The notes under the pieces are model-generated. The model saw only the letters and a list, made by a program, of their open reading frames with translations, made no database searches and was not told the DNA's origin. The position numbers and the translations under genes were made by a program. Below are positions 1-10,060 of a DNA stretch of 64,000 nt, one piece after another (the first letter of the stretch is position 1; every line of letters starts with the position of its first letter). This stretch comes from Tricharina praecox (lineage: Eukaryota): assembly GCF_024521635.1 (NCBI RefSeq), contig NW_026250414.1, forward strand, positions 496,001 to 560,000, given 5' to 3'.

Positions 1-63
1 ACACGATCTCCTGCCGTCTTCCCGACGCCCCCGCGAATGAATCATGGCTGATAGCAGGCCTAG

Positions 64-582
64 GGTTCGTACATCATGTTCCACTGGGTTCACGGAATAC
101 CATTCGAGTTCAACGCCGGAGCGTACGACAACCAGAACATGTGGGAGCAGATTGATAACGGTGACCAATACACGCCGACAAAGAAGTTCCTTCTGTCGGT
201 CCCAATAGTATTGTAGGTTTCATCCGGTGCCATATGTGCGCGCGCCTATGAAAAGACATGCAGCTGACGGGATAACGTGTTGCCGCGCAGATTCTTGATG
301 AGCACGCATTACACACATTACGACCTCACGTACTTCACCATTAACTGTCTGGCCGTCCTAGGAGTTGTGATTCCGAAATTGCCATGGGTTCGTGCACCCT
401 CCTGCCCCCACCCCCAAGCCACGCGCTCAAGCCACCTATGCTGCTTTTGTGGCGTTAGCACGTGATCGCTTGTTTCCACTTCACCGATCATCACTCTTTA
501 ATTCCCTTTTTCGGTCGCACACTGACACTGCGAATAGACCCACCGTATGCGCATCGGCCTCTTCTCAGATCCGGAAGAGTAA
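64..582 (+). CDS. ORM1: ORMDL-family sphingolipid synthesis regulator, 3' exons only (5' part outside window)
   Basis: Exons 64-212, 291-387, 538-582 joined at GT-AG introns read GSYIMFHWVHGIPFEFNAGAYDNQNMWEQIDNGDQYTPTKKFLLSVPIVLFLMSTHYTHYD...IPKLPWTHRMRIGLF; these are ORMDL hallmark motifs. Confidence 0.95.
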
Positions 583-1995
583 TGTATTCGGCCGAGGTCT
601 GATTTTCCTACAGTGTTCTTTTTGGCTTTGGCAGCAGGGGTAACAAGCGAAAGAAAAAATTCCCCGTTATTCTCATCTTCTCTAAAATCCGGCGTTTATT
701 CTCTCTGAATCCCCCTCACTCCCTCAATGTGTGTTTGTGTGTGTGTCTGTGTGCATGTGATCTCCTTTTCTGCCTGCCTTTGTCTGTGTATGCCTGTGTT
801 TGCTTCCCGTACCGTGCGTGTTTTGCTCGCTGTTTCTCTTTCGATTTCTTTTCCAACCACTCCTTAATACGTAACATTGATTGTAGTGCTTCCTTTTCGT
901 CGTCTTGCGGGTGAAGATTGTTCGCCATTGTTCTGGCTTTTGCGTGTTTACCGGTATATCTTTTACATTTCTGTGCGGTGGCGGTGGTGGCGGTGGTGAT
1001 GGTGCTGGTGGTGGATTGTATACATACTTAGAGGGCGAACCGAGGGGATATGAGGATATTTGCGCGTTCTTTTAAATCGATTCGACGTGTTATGTAATGC
1101 CGTTTTCCTCATGTTGGATGGATGAAGGATGAAGGTGCAGAGTAGATTGCCGCCATAGACGCCGTACTCTAACTGCTCTACGGTCTGAAGTCTGGAAGGG
1201 AAGGGAAGGGACGGGCCGCGGGGCCGACTTGCCGGCTGGTAGCCTGGCAGGAGGCTGGGGGCTGGGAGTTTCACTTTCACGTGTGATCTCGACATAACAG
1301 GTGTATAGTACCAAGAGGTGGCTGGGATCAGCGACGGAGGAGGACTCAGGCCTGGGGTTCATAGAAATCACTCGGCTTCGCTTAGGTACGGTTTCTTTTG
1401 TAAAACTAAAACGAAATATCCTGAATCATTATTGCAGAATTCAAACGTCTGGTGCAAATGAAAATATGGTTATTGAACAGTGGAGCGGGGCTAATGCTGA
1501 TCAGTGATCAGAGGTGATTACCGATATATAGTGGCTCAATGCAGCGGGGTAAGTGTCAAGTGTAGAAATTATTCGGCGCCTTCTATCCACTCCTTACATC
1601 TGGTCGTGTAGTCTAGACTACTGTAGTCTTTGGTACGACGGAATGGAACGAATTGTCGGCTTTCAGATGCAATCCTACGGTCTACCAAGGAAGCAAACAG
1701 GTTATGGGACTGGACCGAAGTTGTCCTGGCCGCCCGGACTATGTAAAAGTTAAAACGCTGTGTTGGACAGGACTTCAGTCTCGGTTGTCACTCGTGAGCG
1801 GGCAAACTCGGATATATCACAGGTTAATCCAGGAGGACGGCGGGCCGGTTCGCATACATAGACTACCTAACTACCATTCTTCCAATTAGGATATCTTCAA
1901 AGAACTCCTTATGCTCGGCTTGAAGTACTAGTAGTTGAAGCATGATTGTCAAGCCTCATGTTTATCTGTGTGTGAACTCAGAAGCATGGAAATCT

Positions 1996-2050
1996 CTTTT
2001 TTGGTTTTGTTTAATCATCATTGCACTCTACGTTGGTAGATCATGGCAGA
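1996..2050 (-). mobile_element. Isolated 3'-terminal stub of LINE family (terminal motif only)
   Basis: Exact 12-mer TAGATCATGGCA (2037-2048) also at 6376-6387 and 15792-15803; the minus strand continues ...GCAATGATGATTAAACAAAA like the other element ends. Confidence 0.45.
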
Positions 2051-2638
2051 TTACATATCCATTTCCACCCAAGCCGGGAGACCTCGAGAGGGGAAATAAT
2101 ACCGGTATATACAGTGTTGGTTACGAAGGCTACGATCGAGTGACTCCGTAAGTGCAGCCCCGAAATACCATCATCACTGGGATTGGTCCGTGCGGGAGTA
2201 GTGAGGCGGGGTATCATACGAAGAGCGGAAGAGAAAGCGGCTTCTGATAGTCAGGATTTGTTCATACCCCACTCAGCCCTGGTGTGTAGATAGGCTGCGG
2301 GTGAGGATCGCTACAGGGGTTCACAACTAAGGCTATCGTCAGCTACCACGACAACTCTTGTCGACAGAACTGGAGCACTACCAGTATGATCAGAGTTTAC
2401 GAACACCATTCCAATGTCCGCCTCATATTAAATGAGCTGTCAGACTTTCATAGGAGAAATTTCACCAAGCCGCTGCCTAGTCGTCCAAGCTCTCCGGAGC
2501 TAAGCGCTAATATCTAGGCACATGCGGCAGTGTAACAAGGCGCTGGGGCAGTGAGACGGGATGGCGCGGCTGATTTCGGTGGTATAAAGCTTATCCACCG
2601 CCACCGTGGGATCTCACAAACGATCGCCATTTCGAACC

Positions 2639-3718
2639 ATGTCACTCTCTCTCCTTCCAAACGAGCTGCTACTCTCAGTCGCCGGCTATCTTGATGACCC
2701 CGCCGACATCAAAGCCTTCCACGCCATCTCCCGAGGGTTCCGCTCAGTCCTCGAGGCTACCTACCTATCCGTCTGCGCAAGCGCCGTGAGCCAAACGGAG
2801 CTTGATGTAATCAACGAATTCGGATACAAAGTACCCTGGGCCACCGAGGCTCTCCCCCCAAAGCTACTTTGGCTTGCCATCGCCAAAGGTTGGAACCACC
2901 TCGCCCGCACCTCCATCACCTCAGGTGGTGCCCCACCCTCGCAGATCTACCGTCCGGGCGTCCCCGGAAACTGGTACTGCCCCATCACGCGCGCCGTCTA
3001 CTTTGGCAACATCGAGATTGTGCAGTTCCTCCTCAACTCGGGGGCCAGCGTGATGGGACGGAAATACGCTGATACGGCCCCCCCTCTTTTCCCGCGGCAG
3101 CATGTCACACCGCTGCACCATGCCGCCAGTCAAAAGAACATCCCGCTCATCCACCTGCTCGCCTCCCACGGCGCAGATCTGGAGTGGCTTTCGCCTGACG
3201 GCCTCACGCCGCTGATGTGCGCCGTTGCCGACCCGCGCACCGTACTCGAGATGATCAGCATAGGCGCGGATGTCAATGCGCGCTCATCCCGCGGGTTCTC
3301 GGTGCTGCACTGCTGTGTGGGATATGAAGGCAGCGGTGGGAAGGTGCGCTCCACGAAGACCAATACCTCGTTCCACGACCTCTACGTGGGCCGGAGCAGA
3401 GAACACTCCCTGCATAGGATCCACGGGAGTACGTATTTCGCCTATGGGCACTCGATGAAGGCGTTGCTGGCGAACGGCGCGGATGTGAATGCGCAGGATA
3501 GCGTTGGAGATACGCTGCTTCACTTGGCGGTGGACTTGAAGCTAAGGGACGTGGTGAAATTGCTGTTGGAGGCGGGCGCAGATGTGACTATTGTGAATTC
3601 GTTTGGCCAGACTGCTGCCGAAAGAGCGCACCCGAGTTTTTTGGAGGCATTTGAGGAGGTCTCTGTGGGGACTGTAGCACGCCAAAATCTATTCCCTTTA
3701 CTCCGGCTATGTGGATAA
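2639..3718 (+). CDS. Ankyrin-repeat protein with N-terminal F-box-like motif
   Basis: ATG 2639 after TATAAA at ~2583; N-terminus LSLLPNELLLSVAGYL (F-box-like); ankyrin motifs TPLHHAA, GLTPLMCA, GFSVLHC, GDTLLHLA, LLLEAGADV. Apparently intronless; exact C-terminus uncertain. Confidence 0.85.
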   Translation: MSLSLLPNELLLSVAGYLDDPADIKAFHAISRGFRSVLEATYLSVCASAVSQTELDVINEFGYKVPWATEALPPKLLWLAIAKGWNHLARTSITSGGAPPSQIYRPGVPGNWYCPITRAVYFGNIEIVQFLLNSGASVMGRKYADTAPPLFPRQHVTPLHHAASQKNIPLIHLLASHGADLEWLSPDGLTPLMCAVADPRTVLEMISIGADVNARSSRGFSVLHCCVGYEGSGGKVRSTKTNTSFHDLYVGRSREHSLHRIHGSTYFAYGHSMKALLANGADVNAQDSVGDTLLHLAVDLKLRDVVKLLLEAGADVTIVNSFGQTAAERAHPSFLEAFEEVSVGTVARQNLFPLLRLCG

Positions 3719-3783
3719 TTTGTGTTTCTTATTTGTGTTTCTTATTTGTGTTTCTTATTGTGTTTCTTATTTGTGTTTCTTAT
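3718..3783. repeat. Tandem repeat of ~14-nt unit TTTGTGTTTCTTA(T), ~4.5 copies
   Basis: Directly visible immediately after the ankyrin stop codon. Confidence 0.9.
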
Positions 3784-4243
3784 TCCGTAACAATCTATTC
3801 CTGATCTTTGCTGCAGAAGGCGTTCTTTCGTGATGAAATGGAGCTCCCTTTTCACCGTGCTTCTTCACGGCATGCGGCTCCGGCGCATGGTATATCTGCT
3901 CGCTCAAGGTTTTCGTTTGGGCGGGACCCCGAGGAAGCGAGAAAGGCGAAAGTGGGGAAGGAGGTTAGTTAGCTCCATAGCTTAAGTTTCACCGGGTAAC
4001 TGAAGGCGGGCACGTGTGCGTGGCTGCATGTGGGGATTGCTTGCCCCTGTAATTGGTACCAACACCACCTCCATCATTTCTTTGAAGCACCGAGCGTTGG
4101 ACATAATCCCCCTAACTATCCCGCATCACGACCCACAAGACGACTCACGAGACAACCCAAGGAAGATCATCCAATCTTCACTGCTATAGAGTGTGAAGGG
4201 TATCCTACCTTGACCTGACAACCCTAGTTAGCCAGCTGCGACA

Positions 4244-5938
4244 ATGACCGGCCCGGACACGCTGCTAAATCAACCGGTCGTTATCGATAATGGTTCGGGA
4301 ACCATCAAAGCGGGCTTCGCCGGCGAAGATCTTCCAAAAACCTTCTTCTCCTCGTTCGTTGGCCGACCAAAACACACGCGTGTTCTTGCGGGAGCTCTAG
4401 AGGGGGATGTGTTCATCGGGAACAGAGCACAGGAGCTTCGTGGGCTGCTGAAGATCAAGTACCCATTGGAGCATGGGATCATTACCGATTGGAACGATAT
4501 GGAGAGGATATGGCAGCACATCTACAGTGAGGAGCTGAAGACGCTGTCGGAGGAGGTTAGTGAGCTCTTTCCTTGTGAATGTGTGGAGTTCGCAAGAGGC
4601 AGATGGAGAGAATGTGGAACTGAGTGCCTTTTCTGGTGGATATAGCACCCTGTGTTGTTGACCGAAGCACCATTGAACCCACGGACGAATCGGGACGCCG
4701 CAGCTCAAATATTCTTCGAGACTTTCAATGTACCAGCTCTCTTCATGTCGATACAAGCTGTTTTGGCGCTGTTCGTTCTCCACTACTCACTGCCAATGCT
4801 TCCGTTCATGTGATAGGAAGCTTGCTAATTATATTGCGGTTAGATATGCCTCCGGACGAACCACCGGAATAGTCCTCGACTCTGGCGATGGTGTCTCCCA
4901 TGCCGTTCCTGTATACGAGGGTTTCGCTATGCCCGCAGCTATTCGACGTATCGACGTTGCCGGACGAGATGTAACAGAGCACCTACAGGTGTTGCTACGG
5001 AAATCTGGTGCTATTTTCCATACATCGGCTGAGAAGGAGGTTGTGCGTCTGATCAAAGAAAAGACTTGCTTCGTCGCGCTGGATCCAAGGAAGGAGGAGA
5101 AAGAATGGGCAGGTGGTGGGGTTGGAAGGCTCGAGGAGTACCGACTTCCGGACGGCAACCTTCTGAAAGTAGGCTACTGCTCCTCCTGGTGGAAGATAAA
5201 AGGGCTGATTAGTGTGTAGCTCGGTTCGGAGAGGTTCCGAGCATCGGAGATATTGTTCGACCCTGAGCTCATCGGTCTGGAATATCCCGGTGTCCATCAG
5301 ATTGTGGTCGATGCCATCAACCGGACGGATATGGATTTGCGGAAGGCTCTGTTTGGGAACATTGTCATGTCTGGAGGATCAACGTTGACTAAAGGTATCA
5401 AGCCCCCCAGCATGGACGGGTCCCTTGGATACGGCTCGTAGTGGTGGTCCCCGACTGACTTGTGCCTAGGCTTCGGTGACCGACTGCTGAGCGAAGTGCG
5501 CAAACTGGCTGTCAAAGATATGAAGATCAAGATCTTTGCACCACCAGAGCGTAAATACAGTACTTGGATAGGAGGATCGATTCTCGCCGGTCTGAGCACA
5601 TTCCGAAAGGTACGTAAAATCATGCCATTTCTGTCTCATCCTGCGAACGCACACCGCGCAATTGCCTCTCCGCGCAACTGCCTCCCCGCGAGTGCGCGGT
5701 TTATATACAGCGTGCTGTTTGGTCTCGGGTGTTGCATAGCTGCATTTCCATTACGTTTTCTCCAAATTCGCCGCGTCCCCGAACCCTGCCCATGCTACTG
5801 AACGGCTGGCGACGGTGACAAGAAGGGGACTTGATACACCATTATGTAACCGTGACTGACGAATATGGGTCACAGATGTGGGTCAGCATTGATGCATGGC
5901 AAGAGAATCCGGAGGTCATCCACACCAAGTTTACTTAG
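4244..5938 (+). CDS. ARP1: Actin-related protein 1 (centractin, dynactin filament)
   Basis: Actin-fold motifs [61 protein letters not shown]; Arp1-type signatures ([17 protein letters not shown]). Six exons; first intron 4556-4645, last 5610-5875; final exon [20 protein letters not shown]. Confidence 0.95.
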
Positions 5939-6344
5939 GACTCTCGTCCTAAGCTACCTACATTCCTTTTTTCCACCGGCAAATGCACCACCTCCCCCTT
6001 GCCCTGGTACTTCCCTCCACCCTCCACCGTCTTTCCCGTATCGACTGCCATTCGACACATGGCCGTGAAGCATACGCACCCTTACTTGTGATATCTACGG
6101 CTGTTTCCAGGAATCTTGGCCAGATTTCTACCCTCACGCGCGTTAACTACTACTACTTTACATAATCAGAGATGACCACCTTTCTTTGTTGCTTTTTTGC
6201 TCCCGTCGCGCTGACATAGACCCCGGAATGCAAGCGAATTGCGGGGGAGGAGAGATCTGGGGGTCGCATGTCTGTACTTTACATACCTAGTGGAATTGAT
6301 GGCGTACGTAATACCTTGCAGGTCGTGCATGTTTCGCTATGGTG

Positions 6345-6856
6345 ATTTTTGTCTCCATATTGCATACAACCTTTCTAGATCATGGCAAGACGTTCTCCGG
6401 ATATCCTGCCTGCCGTCTAGATAACTGGCTTGACGCTGAGACCTACTTCTCCCGCCTGCCGTCTGCCGCCTAGGCACTCGGCAATTGACGCACTAAGCTA
6501 CATACACAAGCGACAGACTGAAAAGAAAAGACACCCCGCCCAGCCTACTGCTCTCACATCTTCTCCGCTTCGTCCTCTGGGGTCTCCCGCTTCCATAAAT
6601 CCAGGAAAGCCTCTACATCCACCACGGCCCACCAGGTCTTCCTTCCCGTCCACCTTCACTACCAAGCTCTGACCGCCTACTCGCCGTCTCCTCATCTTCG
6701 GTCCTCGTGGGCGCCAGCCGACCGTCATATATGGTGTGCAGGAAGTCGAGAATTGTCGGGCTGCATCTCTCGTCCGCGGAGAGGGCCCCAATCCTCGTGC
6801 GATTGCGTCTTCCGACCTTACCGGCTTCCCACTCAAGCTCTTACCACAAGATCTTT
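6345..6856 (-). mobile_element. Decayed LINE (Tad1-like) 3' fragment: end of ORF2 plus 3' UTR
   Basis: Minus strand reads ILW*ELE...RIGALSADERCSPTILDFLHT..GR, similar to the C-terminus of the 21490-22827 element (IAELFADQQCSEAIL); ends GGCAGGCAGGA...TGCCATGATCTAGAAAGGTTGTATGCAATA. Confidence 0.7.
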
Positions 6857-6893
6857 TGCTCTGTCATAAAACCACTACAAGTCCCTGCCATAG

Positions 6894-7690
6894 TGAGAGT
6901 GAGAGAGAAAGTCAAGTTATTTTGCATGCAGCATTTCTAGACTTTGGTGAACGAACAAAAGGGACCTTTCCTGCCCGCCATGATAGGTCGAAGTGGAGGC
7001 TCCGCTACCTAATCGGTCCGTTGCGGTGCCGCTGCGTACCAGGTAGAAAGTTGTGATGCTATGTACATTCAACCCCCGCTCCTATCCGCACAACCCACAT
7101 GCCTATACAGTACCTCGCTGGGCACTCCTCTTCGACGCCGGAGGTCTCGCTCTCGTCATCGGCCATCTCGTCCACGCGAGCTTTTCTTCCAAGTCCGTCG
7201 ACTCCAGGAACTCCAGCACTTAGTACTTCACTGCAGCGTTCATCTACGAACAATCCGGCCATGCTCCATCGTCGCCGCTCTCGCGTGGCTTCTTTCCTCA
7301 ATCGCGACCACAGGGTCGACTGCTGCGCTTTCCAACTAGCGCAGTTTCTGAAGACGGTTTCCCGGGTCTGCCTGGCATGGTGCGTCCGGCACCTTTCGTC
7401 CTCCCGTTGTTTGGTCCGCTTCAGGTGGGTGGAGCTGAGGCCGTGTCCGGGCTTCAGCTAATAGTTCATACCGAGCGGCAAGGCTCTTTGAGCCTTCGCT
7501 GGGGCGGGGTCTGGAATTTTCTTCGGCATGCGTCTAGGGTCGAACCAGCGTGCTTTTCATTTTGGATAGTGCTCGCTCATGGACCATGGGCCTTCTTCCA
7601 TTCGTCGTCATTGATCCGTCTCTTGAGGTGGATGAGCGAGGCTGGTACATATTTAGGGGACATGTTACGCCTCCCGTATTTTTGCCATGG
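6894..7690 (-). mobile_element. Decayed LINE (Tad1-like) 3' fragment: post-RNase H region, 3' UTR, (TC)n-like tail
   Basis: Frameshifted translation YGRR...SLIHLKRRINDDEWKKAH / PDPAPAKA / Y*LKPGH...QTRETVFRNCASWKAQQSTLW...LFVDERCSEVL aligns with the 21490-22827 copy; 3' UTR shares GGCGGGCAGGAAA and AGTCTAGA..GCTGCATGC.AAATAA. Confidence 0.85.
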
Positions 7691-8279
7691 AGAGAGGACA
7701 TCAATTCATTGTCGCATATAGCCTGTCCAGACTGTGGCGAACTCTTACCCAACCTTTCCTATCAGCCCCGCAGAGGCTTTTCCCATAGTATTAGAAGTAA
7801 AAGTGAGTCGGCTGCTAGTCGGCAGGAGTGATGGGCTGTGATAATGCGCCATTGCCATAGAACTCGCATGTGTATAAAGCAGGCCATACCGCAGTGTGAG
7901 GTGGAAGAATCATCCAGACGCTCCGATCTGACAGGCTGCAGTTCGTCGCTGTTCCTGTCCATCGCGCACGGGGCATCCAACACTTTATAAACATCGAATT
8001 CATGTTTCCAGCACGGAAAAACCTCCGCGTGGCCTAATGGTCTACCACCTAGGTAGGCCATGCAATCGGCGAGGGGAGTTGAGGGAAAGCTCCGGGTTTA
8101 ACCCGGGTGAAATATCTTTGTATTCAGCTCTTGGGGTTTCCAAGCCACCCACCGGGGGTGGTGACGGCTTTTGGTTTGGTTTTTGGCAAGACGGGTGGAG
8201 CACGGCCTATCACTCGGCAATATCATGTGACACGTCTTTGCGCTGCTGGCTGTGGAGGCGGGAATCCATACGATGAACT

Positions 8280-8400
8280 TTATCGAGAGAGAAGGGAGGA
8301 AGCGGAACGTACGATGGGAACCCAGATGCCATTCCACAGGAGGCAAGACACTATACAGATGGATCAAGACTAGAAGATGGGACGGCGGGCTATAATGGAG
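8280..8400 (+). mobile_element. Small LINE RNase H fragment
   Basis: 8352-8393 reads YTDGSRLEDGTAGY, nearly identical to LTDGSRLEDGGCGY (first RNase H catalytic motif) of the 21490 element. Confidence 0.6.
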
Positions 8401-9649
8401 GTGATAGTCTTGTTTGCCACTACGTACGCCAATAAGATGGAAGCCGCCCCAAAACTTGAGCCGGTCATCGCATGCCGTTAGAGCCTTCACGCGGAAAGCA
8501 TGCCGATATCGGTTAACCTCTTCTTTCCATCCGCAATACAATAACCAATCCCGAGATGTAGGTATGTATGCGCAAGGAGACGTTGTTCATTGGGAGGCAC
8601 AGCTGATGCATACTGTTAATTTTTTCAAGGAGCCCACTCGTCGTTCGGTACTCTACGTACTACGTAGCAGACTCGGTACCTACCATCTGAAAGACCCACG
8701 ACCGGGTAGGAGAAATTTTCCGGTGTGGGGCTGTGAGATCCGCACAGCCACGGGCGGCCAGCGCCGGAGTTGGGAGGGAGGAGGTGGGGGTTGTTCGGAA
8801 ACAAGACCTCGCCCAGGTATTGAGCCGGACTGGATTGACAGCAGTATCATCCTCTCTCGTCTCGGTGTGTCTATTTGGGTTGGCTGGTGTGGCAGCTTCA
8901 ATCTGCACACGCCTGCGCGTGGGAGGCTTCGTGTGGAGAGTAGCAAACGTGCTGGCCACCGTATCACGTTTGTTGCTATTCCTCGCTGTGGGAATGTGTT
9001 CATTGGTGCTCACTCGTACGTTGAGTGACGTTGTTTCATGTCAAATATCTGTCGAAACCTTGGAATGTAGCGGTATTTGTTACAAAACAAACTTTTGAAT
9101 CGCGGCTAGTGCGCTAGAAGTGGTTGCTTGGAATTCTGCCAACTTCACCTATAAAATCCTCCTTTCCTCCTAACTCTTCCTCCCTTTCTCCTTCCTCTCT
9201 CCATTCATTAACTTCTTCTCCTTCTTTCCGTCCGGCACTAATTGGTGATTCATGCTACTGACTTAGATTAGATAGTTTAGTTATTTTCCACGGTCTGATA
9301 CCGACGATAGGAATACTGGCAGTAATGCTACCTTCCTTCCTTCCTTCCTTCCACCTGAGCTCGAGCTCAAGCTTCGAGGTAAGTCCCTCTCCCCCCCACT
9401 TTTTACTTCCAGGATAACCTTACAGAGCTGTCCTGCTCAGCTATAGTAGCGAGGAACTGAGGGATCCGTGCAACCGGTCTACAAAGTAGACTGTTGCAGC
9501 AACAATAGACGGATACAACCCTCGAGGCTGAGCAGAAAAGGTCCAAGGATGGGGTTTTCTCTTCTGCTGCCGGCGAAGTTCTTTCCCCCTTCCTCCGGGA
9601 GTCCAAATTGGGTGAGAGCCGACTTGCTCCCGGTGGGATGGCCTCTCCG

Positions 9650-10060
9650 AAACCGGGTGACAGACGGTTTCGTGTTGAGGAAGAAAAAAAAAACTAAGAA
9701 AGTATAACTTCTGAGTTATACGCGTATAGCCTAGTTTACTACCCCCACCAGGTTATACGCGGAGGTTTTCTTCCTTTGCTGTGAGAGAGAATTTAGCAAA
9801 GGTCTTTCCTCCTGGCCATGCATGTCATGTGTGAGAGACATGCCACATGCATGGCCAAGGCCCATGCCTCCAAAACCGGGCTACAGACGGTTTCGGACGA
9901 GCAAATAAATAACCAAAGAAGTATAACTTGGTCTACTACCCCCCCAAGTTATATGCGTATAGCTTGGCCTACTACCCCCCAAGTTATACGCGGAGGTCGT
10001 CTTCCTTTCAGAGCAAAGGTCTTACCTCCTGGCCATGCATGAGTGAGATACATGCGCCAT
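9650..10060. repeat. Imperfect ~220-nt tandem duplication with internal sub-repeats
   Basis: AAACCGGG..ACAGACGGTTTCG, AAGTATAACTT, GTTATACGCGGAGGT..TCTTCCTTT and AGCAAAGGTCTT.CCTCCTGGCCATGCATG each occur twice (~9650-9845 and ~9872-10060). Confidence 0.8.

Noticed and set aside
8414..9098. 204-aa and overlapping ORFs in the gene-free interval
   Set aside because: No ATG start for the main ORF, no domain motifs, adjacent to transposon debris.
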